Shown in pieces: positions 41,621 through 55,700 of a stretch of 64,000 nucleotides of DNA. Each line of letters begins with the position of its first letter. The stretch's first letter is position 1. Origin of the DNA: Eledone cirrhosa (Eukaryota); assembly GCA_964016885.1 (NCBI GenBank), contig OZ024765.1:14322001-14386000 (forward strand). The letters are read 5' to 3'. The position numbers were made by a program, and so were the translations under genes. The notes below the pieces were generated by a model. It saw only the letters and a list, made by a program, of their open reading frames with translations, searched no databases and was not told the origin of the DNA.

Positions 41621-41707
<87 letters not shown>

Positions 41708-42152
41708 AAAGAATAGAGGTGTAACACACAAGTTATTATATATTGGTAAACGGAATAGAAAATGCTGACAAATTGTTCACAGTTGAAAAATGGTTTAATT
41801 AGGAATAAAAGAGTATTAGTGATTGTATCGGTTAGTATTCAGTTGTGGTTTTAAGTTTTTAAGTTTTTACCGGTTGCGCATTTCTAAATGCTTTTCAAAA
41901 ATAATTTTGAGAAAGAGTGTCCGTGCTGTTTGCTCTGATCAGATAACGAAGGAAATGTGGTAAGGAACCAGATGGACCATAACACACCAAAGTACTCAAT
42001 ACTTAGGGTAGTAGAGTGGGTGATAGGAATGAGTAGGACCCCGACGGCTGAGCTCAAGCCGTTTCGACGGCTAATTCTGGACTAGAGTCCAGACTAAGTC
42101 CACAATTAGCCGTCGAAACGGCTTGAGCTCAGCCGTCGGGGTCCTACTCGTT

Positions 42153-42296
<144 letters not shown>

Positions 42297-42306
42297 TATA
42301 TATATA

Positions 42307-42346
<40 letters not shown>

Positions 42347-42493
42347 TATATATATGTGTGTGTATATATATATATATATGTTTATATATATATGTGTGTG
42401 TATATATATATATATATATATGTTTATATATATATGTGTGTGAATATATATGTGTATTTATATATGTCCATATATATATGTGTATAAATATGC

Positions 42494-42535
<42 letters not shown>

Positions 42536-44261
42536 ATATATATATATATGTATGTGTATATATATATATATATATATATGTGTGTATATATATATATATA
42601 TACAGATCCATATAACCATGGCGTATTTTCCAGACCTGACTTATCTCATAACATGACAACCTGTCTAACCAATGTAAACATGGGAAATAGATATTAAATG
42701 ATGATGGTAATGTTGATAAAGATAGTGGTGGTGGTGGTGGTGGTGGTGGTGATGGTGAGGGTGGTGGTGGTGAGGGTGAGGGTGGTGATGGTGGTGGTGA
42801 TGGTGGTGATGGTGGTGGTGATGGTGGTGGTGGTGGTGGCAGTGGTGGTGGTGGTGGTGATGATGGTGGTGGTGATGGTGATGATGGTGGTGGTGAATAT
42901 GTTGATGATGGTGGTGTTGGTGATGATGATGGTGGTGGTGATGATGGTGGCGGTGGTGATGATGGTGATGATGGTGGCGGTGGTGATGATGGTGATGATG
43001 GTGGTGGTGAAGATGTTGATGGCGGTGGTGATGATGGTGATGATGGTGGTGGTGAAGATGTTGATGATGGTGGTGTTGGTGATGATGATGGTGGTGGTGA
43101 TGATGGTGGCGGTGGTGATGATGGTGGCGGTGGTGGTGATGGTGGTGATGGTGGTGGTGGTGATGATGATGATAATGATGATGATGAGGATGATGATAAT
43201 GCTGATGATAAAGATGATAAAGATGATAATGATGATGATGATAATGATGGTGATGATGATGACGTCATACTTATTACACACCCACTACTTAATAGACACT
43301 CAATTATACATGTACCACACACACACACCACTCAACATACACACACACACCACTTAATACGCACACTTGAACATACACATACACACACATACCACACAAT
43401 ATGCACACACACACACACCACTCAATACGCACACTTGAACACATTCACACACACACCACACAATATGCACACACACACACAGGACTCAATAAGCACACTT
43501 CAACAGATACATGCACACACATCATTTAACACACACACCACTCAACATGCACACACACACACAACAAAACTCAACATGCACAGACACACACACACCCCAC
43601 AATAGGTACACACACACGCACACACACCTCACTATGTACACACACACACAACACAACAAAACTCAACACACACACACACACCAGACAATACACACACACA
43701 CACACCCCACAATAGGTACACACACACGCACACACACCTCACTATGTACACACACACACAACACAACTCAACACACACACACACACACCAGACAATACAC
43801 ACACACACACACCCCACAATAGGTACACACACACGCACACACACCTCACTATGTACACACACACACAACACAACAAAACTCAACACACACACACACACAC
43901 CAGACAATACACACACACACACACCCCACAATAGGTACACACACACGCACACACACCTCACTATGTACACACACACACAACACAACAAAACTCAACACAC
44001 ACACACACACCAGACAATACACACACACACACACACCACACAACAGAACTCAATATGCACACATACGTAATTTTGGGAAAGTTGATTAAATCAACCCTAG
44101 TACATTACTGGTACTTTATTTTATAGACTGGCGTAAGGATGAAAGGCAAAGTTAACCACAGCAGGATTTAAAATCAGAACGTAAAGGGCCGTAACTTTAT
44201 GCCACAAAGAATGGAAAAACCAATTTAATTTGTCATCATTATTTCTTTCATGTAAGTTTAA

Positions 44262-47200
44262 TACTTTGGCATTTAAACCAGCCATATCCGGTCAGATTTC
44301 TTTCAGCCTTTTCAGTTCAAACCAGCTGTAACCAGTCATTCATACTCATGTTAAGGTATTGTTCTCAAAAGAAATAACATCAAAATCTAATAGATTCGAT
44401 ATTATGTGAGATATTATGTAAGATAAAGCATTTACCATGAAAATACAATAGTATATATAGAGTAATGTAAATGTTATGTGAGATATTATGTGAGGTAAAG
44501 CCTTTACTGTGACAATACAATAGTATATATAGAGTAATGTAAATGTTATGTGAGGTATTATGTGAGGTAAAGCCTTTACTGTGAAAATACAATAGTATAT
44601 ATAGAGTAATGTAAATGTTATGTGAGGTATTATGTGAGGTAAAGCCTTTACTGTGAAAATATAATAGTATATATAGAGTAATGTAAATGTTATGTGAGGT
44701 ATTATGTGAGGTAAAGCCTTTAATGTGAAAATACAATAGTATATATAGAGTAATGTAAATGTTATGTGAGATATTATGTGCGGTAAAGCCTTTACTGTGA
44801 AAATATAATAGTATATATAGAGTAATGTAAATGTTATGTGAGATATTATGTGAGGTAAAGCCTTTACTGTGAAAATACAATAGTATATATAGAGTAATGT
44901 AAATGTTATGTGAGATATTATGTGAGGTAAAGCCTTTACTGTGACAATACAATAGTATATATAGAGTAATGTAAATGTTATGTGAGATATTATGTGAGGT
45001 AAAGCCTTTACTGTGACAATACAATAGTATATATAGAGTAATGTAAATGTTATGTGAGATATTATGTGAGGTAAAGCCTTTACTGTGAAAATACAATAGT
45101 ATATATAGAGTAATGTAAATGTTATGTGAGATATTATGTGAGGTAAAGCCTTTACTGTGAAAATACAATAGTATATATAGAGTAATGTAAATGTTATGTG
45201 AGATATTATGTGAGGTAAAGCCTTTACTGTGAAAATACAATAGTATATATAGAGTAATGTAAATGTTATGTGAGATATTATGTGAGGTAAAGCCTTTACT
45301 GTGAAAATACAATAGTATATATAGAGTAATGTAAATGTTATGTGAGATATTATGTGAGGTAAAGCCTTTACTGTGAAAATACAATAGTATATATAGAGTA
45401 ATGTAAATGTTATGTGAGATATTATGTGAGGTAAAGCCTTTACTGTGAAAATACAATAGTATATATAGAGTAATGTAAATGTTATGTGAGATATTATGTG
45501 AGGTAAAGCCTTTACTGTGAAAATACAATAGTATATATAGAGTAATGTAAATGTTATGTGAGATATTATGTGAGGTAAAGCCTTTACTGTGAAAATACAA
45601 TAGTATATATAGAGTAATGTAAATGTTATGTGAGATATTATGTGAGGTAAAGCCTTTACTGTGAAAATACAATAGTATATATAGAGTAATGTAAATGTTA
45701 TGTGAGATATTATGTGAGGTAAAGCCTTTACTGTGAAAATACAATAGTATATATAGAGTAATGTAAATGTTATGTGAGATATTATGTGAGGTAAAGCCTT
45801 TACTGTGAAAATACAATAGTATATATAGAGTAATGTAAATGTTATGTGAGATATTATGTGAGGTAAAGCCTTTACTGTGAAAATACAATAGTATATATAG
45901 AGTAATGTAAATGTTATGTGAGATATTATGTGAGGTAAAGCCTTTACTGTGAAAATACAATAGTATATATATAGTAATGTAAATGTTATGTGAGATATTA
46001 TGTGAGGTAAAGCCTTTAATGTGGAAATACAATAGTATATATAGAGTAATATAAATGTTATGTGAGATATTATGTGAGGTAAAGCCTTTAATGTGGAAAT
46101 ACAATAGTATATATAGAGTAATGTAAATGTTATGTGAGATATTATGTGAGGTAAAGCCTTTACTGTGGAAATACAATAGTATATATAGAGTAATGTAAAT
46201 GTTATGTGAGGTATTATGTGAGGTAAAGCCTTTACTGTGAAAATACAATAGTATATATATAGTAATGTAAATGTTATGTGAGATATTATGTGAGGTAAAG
46301 CCTTTAATGTGGAAATACAATAGTATATATAGAGTAATGTAAATGTTATGTGAGATATTATGTGAGGTACAGCCTTTACTGTGGAAATACAATAGTATAT
46401 ATAGAGTAATGTAAATGTTATGTCAGATATTATGTGAGGTAAAGCCTTTACTGTGAAAATACAATAGTATATATAGAGTAATGTAAATGTTATGTGAGAT
46501 ATTATGTGAGGTAAAGCCTTTACTGTGAAAATACAATAGTATATATAGAGTAATGTAAATGTTATGTGAGATATTATGTGAGGTACAGCCTTTACTGTGG
46601 AAATACAATAGTATATATAGAGTAATGTAAATGTTATGTGAGATATTATGTGAGGTAAAGCCTTTACCATGAAAATACAATAGTATATATAGAGTAATGT
46701 AAATGTTATGTGAGATATTATGTGAGGTAAAGCCTTTACTGTGAAAATACAATAGTATATATAGAGTAATGTAAATGTTATGTGAGATATTATGTGAGGT
46801 AAAGCCTTTACTGTGGAAATACAATAGTATATATAGAGTAATGTAAATGTTATGTGAGATATTATGTGAGGTAAAGCCTTTACTGTGGAAATACAATAGT
46901 ATATATAGAGTAATGTAAATGTTATGTGAGATATTATGTGAGGTAAAGCCTTTACTGTGAAAATACAATAGTATATATAGAGTAATGTAAATGTTATGTG
47001 AGATATTATGTGAGGTAAAGCCTTTACTGTGAAAATACAATAGTATATATAGAGTAATGTAAATGTTATGTGAGATATTATGTGAGGTAAAGCCTTTACT
47101 GTGACAATACAATAGTATATATAGAGTAATGTAAATGTTATGTGAGGTATTATGTGAGGTAAAGCCTTTACTGTGAAAATACAATAGTATATATAGAGTA

Positions 47201-47793
47201 ATGTAAATGTTATGTGAGATATTATGTGAGGTAAAGCCTTTACTGTGACAATACAATAGTATATATAGAGTAATGTAAATGTTATGTGAGATATTATGTG
47301 AGGTAAAGCCTTTACTGTGACAATACAATAGTATATATAGAGTAATGTAAATGTTATGTGAGATATTATGTGAGGTAAAGCCTTTACTGTGACAATACAA
47401 TAGTATATATAGAGTAATGTAAATGTTATGTGAGATATTATGTGAGGTAAAGCCTTTACTGTGACAATACAATAGTATATATAGAGTAATGTAAATGTTA
47501 TGTGAGATATTATGTGAGGTAAAGCCTTTACTGTGACAATACAATAGTATATATAGAGTAATGTAAATGTTATGTGAGATATTATGTGAGGTAAAGCCTT
47601 TACTGTGACAATACAATAGTATATATAGAGTAATGTAAATGTTATGTGAGATATTATGTGAGGTAAAGCCTTTACTGTGACAATACAATAGTATATATAG
47701 AGTAATGTAAATGTTATGTGAGATATTATGTGAGGTAAAGCCTTTACTGTGACAATACAATAGTATATATAGAGTAATGTAAATGCTAAAGAG
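44262..47793 (+). mobile_element. piggyBac-like element with ~47 copies of the 72-bp unit
   Basis: TTAA|TACTTTGGCATTT..., left ~140 bp similar to 25799-25935, ends AATGCTAAAGAG|TTAA; period 72 (44461->44821 = 5 units). Confidence 0.75.
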
Positions 47794-47859
47794 TTAAATA
47801 ACCTCCTCTTGCTTTCCCCTTCACTCACTATTGTAAGGAAATGGGGGCCCCCACATGCT

Positions 47860-48745
47860 GGCCATCCTGTGGACAGAATAGAGAAGGTATTTCCCTGGAG
47901 GATGGTAACGGAGATGCGTTGGAAGAGCCATTCCAGCTCACGAGGTTCACACCTGTGGGTAGCCAACTCTGTGGTGATGGTGGTGACTAGGGAGGTAGTA
48001 CTAGGGCCAAGGACACCAGCAGTCTCCACTGCTACAGGTAGCCAACTCTGTGGTGATGGTGGGGAGTAGGGAGGTGGCCCTAGGGCCAAGGAGACCAGAA
48101 GTCTCCACTGCTACAGGTAGCCAACTCTGTGGTGATGGTGGTGACTAGGGAGGTAGTCCTAGGGCCAAGGACACCAGCAGTCTCCACTGCTACAGGTAGC
48201 CAACTCTGTGGTGATGGTGGGGAGTAGGGAGGTGGCCCTAGGGCCAAGGAGACCAGAAGTCTCCACTGCTACAGGTAGCCAACTCTGTGGTGATGGTCGT
48301 GAGTAGGGAGGTAGTCCTAGGGCCAAGGACACCAGAAGTCTCCACTGCTACAGGTAGCCGACTCTGTGGCGATGGTGGTGAGTAGGGAGGTAGTCCTAGG
48401 GCCAAGGACACCAGCAGTCTCCACTGCTACAGGTAGCCAACTCTGTGGTGATGGTGGTCAGTAGGGAGGTAGTCCTAGGGCCAAGGACACCGGAAGTCTC
48501 CACTGCTACAGGTAGCCAACTCTGTGGCGATGGTGGTGAGTAGGGAGGTAGTCCTAGGGCCAAGGACACCAGCAGTCTCCACTGCTACATGTAGCCAACT
48601 CTGTGGTGATGGCAGTGAGTAGGGAGGTGGCCCTAGGGCCAAAGACACCAGAAGTCTCCACTGCTACAGGTAGCCAACTCTGTGGTGATGGTGGTGACTA
48701 GGGAGGTAGTCCTAGGGCCAAGGGCATCAAAAGTCTCCACTGTTA
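47860..48745 (-). mobile_element. CRE-like non-LTR retrotransposon 3' end with a 79-bp segment repeated ~10x
   Basis: LPVAVETAGVLGP..LVTTITTELA..EPRELEWLFQRISVTILQGNTFSIL resembles the CRE-clade P.A.ET.G..G / QR.S....GN end motif; period 47962->48041. Confidence 0.7.
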
Positions 48746-48839
48746 TATCACTAAATCCCTCTATTCTTGGTGGTTTTCCAAATAATTTATAAATCATAGG
48801 CAGTGTCTTTCATTAGAAAAATGGCAATGGAAAGGTTAC

Positions 48840-48869
48840 CTCTTAAAGTAACGATTTAGCAGAAAATAT
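48840..48869 (-). CDS. Host gene microexon, 30 nt ((R)YFLLNRYFK(S))
   Basis: Acceptor cctgtttttag|A, donor GAG|gtaacc; phase 2-2. Confidence 0.7.
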
Positions 48870-49694
48870 CTAAAAACAGGTTTCTTAATTCAAGTCTATG
48901 TAGCATATTTAATATACTTTTGTGTTGACAGATTGCTGTGAACATTTGCAGTATTAGAGTAAATACTTTAATATTTAATGTGATGTAGTCATAGTATTGT
49001 TTTGCACTAAATGTTTATAGTAACTTTACTGGTGGACAGATTGTTGTGAAAATTTACAGTATTAAAGCAAAGATTTTACATTTCTATTTGATGCAGTTAT
49101 AGTGTTGTTCTATACTTTTCAAGAATGTCTTACTATGTGGTTTCATGTGGTTTGTTAATCCAAATGTTTATAGTATTTTTTATTAGTGGACAGATTGTTG
49201 TGAACATTTTCTGTGCTGATTTGTAGTTTTAAAAGAATATCTTACTAATGTGGTTTGTTAATTCAAATGCGTTTAGTATCTTTACTAGTGGACAGATTAT
49301 TGTAAAAATTTGTAGAGCTGAAGACAAGACTATAACTTTTAATGTGATGCAGTCATAGTACTGATTTGTTTTCTTTTTACTTTTCAAAAACATTCTGCTA
49401 ATATGGTACAAGATGTTAAAGGTTAAATGAAAAAACAATCTTGTCTCTGATCAAGACGAAGTGAGAGTGTATTTGAAGACATAAAAATGAGAAAACTCAT
49501 CGCTAGAACAGCCACTAAAACAGGTAAATGCTGTCAAAGAGAGCAAAGACAGAGACCAGAGGCCAGTGGTCAACAAAGACAATCCACAAGGTTAATTAAA
49601 GATTAATTAAATATAACTGTATCCCCTACTTCCCTGTCCACATTCCTCCCCACCCCAAGCCCCTCCACCCTTTCTAGTCTCAAGACAAAAGTGC

Positions 49695-51362
49695 CCTGTC
49701 CACACTGTAAAGAACATACAGCCCACACTGTAAAGTGATCGTGTAGGTGTCACGACAAAAAGCACCCAGCGCACATTGGTAATCTGGTTGGCGTTAGGAA
49801 GACATAGTAAAAAGGCTCCCAGTCCACACTGTAAAGTGGTCATGTAGGAGACACAGTAAAAAGGCTCCCAGTCCACACTGTAAAGTAGTCATGTAGGAGA
49901 CAGTAAAAAGGCTCCCAGTCCACACTGTAAAGTGGTCATGTAGGAGACACAGTAAAAAGGCTCCCAGTCCACACTGTAAAGTGGTCATGTAGGAGACACA
50001 GTAAAAAGGCTCCCAGTCCACACTGTAAAGTGGTCATGTAGGAGACACAGTAAAAAGGCTCCCAGTCCACACTGTAAAGTAGTCATGTAGGAGACAGTAA
50101 AAAGGCTCCCAGTCCACACTGTAAAGTGGTCATGTAGGAGACACAGTAAAAAGGCTCCCAGTCCACACTGTAAAGTGGTCATGTAGGAGACACAGTAAAA
50201 AGGCTCCCAGTCCACACTGTAAAGTGGTCATGTAGGAGACACAGTAAAAAGGCTCCCAGTCCACACTGTAAAGTAGTCATGTAGGAGACAGTAAAAAGGC
50301 TCCCAGTCCACACTGTAAAGTGGTCATGTAGGAGACACAGTAAAAAGGCTCCCAGTCCACACTGTAAAGTGGTCATGTAGGAGACACAGTAAAAAGGCTC
50401 CCAGTCCACACTGTAAAGTGGTCGTGTAGGAGACATAGTAAAAAGGCTCCCAGTCCACACTGTAAAGTGGTCGTGTAGGAGTCATAGTAAAAAGGCTCCC
50501 AGTCCACACTGTAAAGTGGTCGTGTAGGAGACACAGTAAAAAGGCTCCCAGTCCACACTGTAAAGTGGTCGTGTAGGAGTCATAGTAAAAAGGCTCCCAG
50601 TCCACACTGTAAAGTGGTCGTGTAGGAGACATGGTAAAAAGGCTCCCAGTCCACACTGTAAAGTGGTCGTGTAGGAGACACAGTAAAAAGGCTCCCAGTC
50701 CACACTGTAAAGTGGTCATGTAGGAGACACAGTAAAAAGGCTCCCAGTCCACACTGTAAAGTGGTCGTGTAGGAGTCATAGTAAAAAGGCTCCCAGTCCA
50801 CACTGTAAAGTGGTCGTGTAGGAGACACAGTAAAAAGGCTCCCAGTCCACACTGTAAAGTGGTCGTGTAGGAGTCATAGTAAAAAGGCTCCCAGTCCACA
50901 CTGTAAAGTGGTCGTGTAGGAGACACAGTAAAAAGGCTCCCAGTCCACACTGTAAAGTGGTCATGTAGGAGACACAGTAAAAAGGCTCCCAGTCCACACT
51001 GTAAAGTGGTCATGTAGGAGACACAGTAAAAAGGCTCCCAGTCCACACTGTAAAGTGGTCGTGTAGGAGACACAGTAAAAAGGCTCCCAGTCCACACTGT
51101 AAAGTGGTCGTGTAGGAGTCATAGTAAAAAGGCTCCCAGTCCACACTGTAAAGTGGCCGTGTAGGAGACACGGTAAAAAGCACCTAGTCCACACTGTCAA
51201 TGTGGTTAGCGTTAGGAAGGGCTTCCAGCTGTAGAAAACCAACCGGAAACTCTCCTATATGAGCGAGACACGGTCACCCAACCCAACTTGCCTCATCTGG
51301 AACAAACCCGTCTAACCCATGCTAGCGTGGAAGATAGACGTTAATTGACGATGATGATGATG
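49695..51362 (+). mobile_element. SINE B-related copy with ~28x 49-bp internal tandem array (49800-51190)
   Basis: Unit agtaaaaaggctcccagtccacactgtaaagtggtcatgtaggagacac; continues into a normal SINE 3' end and (TGA)n. Confidence 0.85.
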
Positions 51363-51780
51363 TATCAGTATCAGACTACCAGCTGTATTGGGGCATAGAA
51401 GATCAATAATGTACCCAAGGCTACCCTGAAATACCTGAAATACTTGAGGCCCTACCTGGCTATGTGTTAATATATATTTATTTGCTACAAGGGCGCACAA
51501 GAAAAGGGGACAATGAAAAGGGGACAATGCAAAGACATGTGGTGGGGATTTTACATACAGTCATGTAAAATATTTTAACATACAAATTCAACAATCGAAA
51601 TCCCCAATAGGGGGAGGCGTTACAAGTGGGTTGTTTAATACCCCGTAGATAGAATAACCCTCAACTCCAGGTGCATGTTGTGCAAGCGCTCCTTTCTTCC
51701 TTTTGCTCTCTTCTTCAACCTACAGGTTTATATACAGAGAAGGCCCAATCACTCGGGCCATTTTTACCACATTCACCCAC

Positions 51781-51851
51781 CTTTCAGTAAATTTACTGGG
51801 GTGCAGTGCCTCTCTCTCCACCCTGATCCTTCTTCTAAAGTGACCCACAGT
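51781..51851 (-). CDS. Host gene exon, 71 nt (TVGHFRRRIRVEREALHPSKFTE(R))
   Basis: Acceptor tttcagtctttag|A, donor AAG|gtgggt; phase 0-2. Confidence 0.7.
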
Positions 51852-51957
51852 CTAAAGACTGAAACCATTAGAAGTATGGAAGACAGTAAGTATAATCATT
51901 TGCTGAATACATGCTTTGCAGAATCATCACAACAGTGGATGATATGTAGTGGCAGTG

Positions 51958-51988
<31 letters not shown>

Positions 51989-51997
51989 TGTGTGTGT

Positions 51998-52075
<78 letters not shown>

Positions 52076-52124
52076 ATGAGAAAATGCGAAGTAGTTTCAG
52101 ATGTTAAAGTCCTTTATTGATAAT

Positions 52125-52199
52125 GCTGTGATACATATTTCAATGACAACAGTGGCCACACAATTCCGTGTACCCAGTGCCGTGACATCATCAGACAGC
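52125..52199 (-). ncRNA. Hammerhead ribozyme motif with imperfect stem II
   Basis: GCTGT-CTGATGA-...-GAAA-T-ATGT-ATC-ACAGC. Confidence 0.55.
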
Positions 52200-53198
52200 T
52201 TCTTACATAATAAGGTTACGCTCCCGAGACGATCCAAAGAGAGACGACCAGGGAACGGACAAGGCGTGTGTTCTTGGATCGCCTCCCGTCCCCCATTTTC
52301 TCATTCTAAATATACTCCGTTTTTCCTATGTGGGAAAAATGCGTCGAGTGCTTCATTTGAATTGCATCAATATTTCAATATTTACCGTAAGATATATATA
52401 TATATATATATATATAAAACAAGATAAAATATTTAAAAAATAATGAATAAAACAATGAAACAGTTCCTTATATTAAACAAAAAAAGTTCATTATTTAACG
52501 ATCGTTTCTAGGACATATATGTGTTAGAATTGGCATGCATATTCAATGTTGAATATGCATGCCAATTCTAACACATATATGTCCTAGAAACGATCGTTAA
52601 ATAATGAACTTTTTTTGTTTAATAGAAGGAACTGTTTCATTGTTTTATTCATTATTTTTTAATATTTTATCTTGACTCTGTTTTCCGTTTATCTTTCACC
52701 GAAAGTGATTTTTGAATGCATCTCTTCTTTCCATGATATCCGGATTACATTGAGTTCTTCATACGGATTGGACACTACCGTAAACTCTTGGTAGATTTAT
52801 CTACATATATATCTATATATATAAGTGTTAAACAATATTCAATGATTATGTCAAAGAATGAGTTTTACAGTAGATTGGAAACGTTTTCCTAGATATATCG
52901 TAGTATCATACACTTTAAAACTTTTAGAACAGTTACAGTAAGCAACATTTTTTCTTACTCACACATTCTCTAATGAATTTATTACGTTTTCGCATTTTCT
53001 CATAAATAGGATATAAGTAAAATTTTCTCTTGGGTTAATCACTACCTTGATTAAATCTTAACCATTTAACATCTCAGGGTATGTCATGTATCATTATATT
53101 TTGTCTGATGAGGACGTACTGTTGTACATCCGAAATATGTATAATAAATCAAATATGTGTAATTGATCAAAAGAACATCTATTTTATTAATACTTATA

Positions 53199-53258
<60 letters not shown>

Positions 53259-53261
<3 letters not shown>

Positions 53262-53890
53262 CGTTTCTGAATTTGTTTAGCAAGATTCTTTATCTGAAAA
53301 CGTGTGTTGAAACCGATATTGTTATGCTTTGGGAGGGTCATGTTGCCAATAATAAACACACGCACCAGTTGCTTTCACTTCAATTTATTATAAATTAAAT
53401 TTATAAATTTAGGAATTTATAAATTTTCGGTTGGTTGGTTGGTTCCACAACCAGACGATTGTTCATATATTGTCAAAGTTCTTTCGTCACACATTCTGTG
53501 ACCTCTTCAGTGACTGGGGATTCTTTTCTTTGATTTTGTGCCTCTCCTTTGTTCTGTCCTACGCCATCTTGTTTTTGTGTGTGTTGTGTGCTTAGTTTGC
53601 GCATGTGTTACATCCGGGTGTCTGTGTGTGTTTATATTTGTTTATTTACATGTTACTGGTTGGTTGTTTGTTCTATGTGTGTGTGTGTTTTCATTTTGTT
53701 CTTAATTGTAAGTTGTGATGATGCTATTCCATTCAATATATGAACAATCGTCCGGTTGTGGAATCAACCAACCAACCGGAAATTTATAAATTCCTAAATT
53801 TATAAATTTAATTTATAATAAATTGAAGTGAAAGCAGCTGGTGCGTGTGTTTCTTATTGGCAACATGACCCTCCCAAAGCATAATAATAT
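53259..53890 (-). mobile_element. Penelope-like element 3' end with inverted terminal segment
   Basis: Reverse complement of ~55055-55530 plus an inverted copy of its end; (TA)n on both sides. Confidence 0.8.
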
Positions 53891-54101
53891 ATATATATAC
53901 AAATATACTTTCAGCGAGATCATATTTCGGCGGTGGCCAAAAACAAAGCGAAACGCAAATTTAGAGATATGCGGCAAGCGCTCAATGGACTAAAAGAAGA
54001 CCAGAGCAATTAACATACGTTATAGAGCCCAGACAAAATGAAAACGGTGATCATGAAGCTATCAGCCACCTGAGCCAAAAAAACGAAGCAAGCTAAATAG
54101 G

Positions 54102-54152
<51 letters not shown>

Positions 54153-54159
<7 letters not shown>

Positions 54160-55530
54160 ATGCTTTGGGAGGGTCATGTTTCCAATAAGAAACACACGCA
54201 TTCCCATTATGCCAAACCCATGACTTCCAAATATCTGATCCACCGAAACTCAGCTGTTTCGGACCACACCAAAATCAACATACTGATTGCGGATGAGAAA
54301 CGTGTCCCGCATGTGCAACCCCAAAGAACTAGAGACACACATACAACACTTCATCCACCATATGCAGTTCTCTGGTTACAATCAGAGAGATAAAATCAGA
54401 GTATATAGAGGAGCCAGAACCAAATGGGAAAAAATGGTAAATAATGATACAAATGGGACCTGCCCCTTGTATAGGAGCAAATTTTGGAATAGAATAGAAA
54501 GAACTAGAAATAAGGTTATTAGAATAAACTCATGCTATGATAGCAATAAATGCCAGAGTGTTATGTTCACCCCCTAGAGGTGAATTAGCTTACAAATTTA
54601 GAAGGGCCCTAGATAAACATAAACTCAATATTAAGATAGTAGAAAGACCAGGTACCTCCATAAAAACCCTTATTAGCAATACATACCCTTTTCAAAGACC
54701 TCCCTGTATAGATAAGAAATGTATAATCTGTAAACTAAGCCCCCATATTAACTGTAAAACTAGAAATGTAGTATATAGCATAAGATGTACTGAAGGACAA
54801 TGTAGAGATAAGAATATAGTGTACATAGGTGAGACAGCTCGTAGTATAGGAGAACGGATAAATGAACACTGGCGAGAGCTTCAAGATAGAAAAGAATCAT
54901 CTGTACTCCACCAACATGCTAAAATAGAACATAAGGGTAAATTAGAGAACATAGAAATATAAATAGAATCTACAGATAGAAAAGACGCAATGTTTAGACA
55001 AATCACAGAGGCAATAAACATAAATGAACTCCAACCAAAATTAAATAGAAAACATGAATGGAATAGCAACATCACAACTTACAATTAAGGACAAAATGAA
55101 AACACACACACACATAGAACAAACAACCAACCAGTAACATGTAAATAAACACATATAAACACACACAAACACCCGGATGTAACACATGCGCACACTAAGA
55201 AAAACACCACACACAAAAACAAGATGGCGTAGGACAGAACAAAGGAGAGGCACAAAAACAAAGAAAAGAATCCCCAGTCACTGAAGAGGTCACTGAAGAG
55301 GTCACAGAATGTGTGACGAAAGAATTTTGACAATATATTCCGGTTGTGGAACCAGCCAACCAACCGGAAATTTATAAATTCTTAAATTTAATTTATAATA
55401 AATTGGAGTGAAAGCTACTGGTGCGTGTGTTTCTTATTGGCAACATGACCCTCCCAAAGTATAACAATATCGGTTTCAACACACGTTTTCAGATACAGAA
55501 TCTTGCTAAACAAATTCAGAAACGAAATAT
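54153..55530 (+). mobile_element. 5'-truncated, frameshifted Penelope-like retroelement: RT C-terminus, Cys-rich linker, GIY-YIG endonuclease
   Basis: YAKPMTSKYLIHRNSA..; PCIDKKCIIC..NCKTRNVVYSIRC..C..VYIGETARSIGERINEH..RQITEA..LN; hammerhead-like CTGAAGA-GGTCACA..TGTGAC-GAAA at ~55293-55321; short inverted copy of the 3' end at the 5' boundary. Confidence 0.9.
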
Positions 55531-55700
55531 TTATATATATATATACCAAAAATGTGGATGAGAGGAGGGACTGTGTTGTTACTGATAACGAGTGTTAGAA
55601 GGTAAGGAGACACAAAGAGGTGGACAGACACAAAGAAGAGGGTGACAGTCTCCCTTTGTCAGTAGTTAACTACGGGTCACGGAGAGCGATTCATGGCCGG

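Noticed and set aside
44346-48089. 1247-aa ORF and overlapping 670- and 445-aa ORFs as a repeat protein
   Set aside because: Product of a 72-bp satellite with stop-free frames, fused by chance to a retrotransposon fragment
49800-51190. CRISPR-like regular arrays (also 22706, 3123, 47962)
   Set aside because: Head-to-tail repeats without unique spacers, derived from SINE/LINE segments; no cas genes; eukaryotic context
54537-54962. Selenocysteine recoding in the Penelope ORF
   Set aside because: Linker cysteines are TGT and the interrupting stop is TAA, so this is ordinary decay
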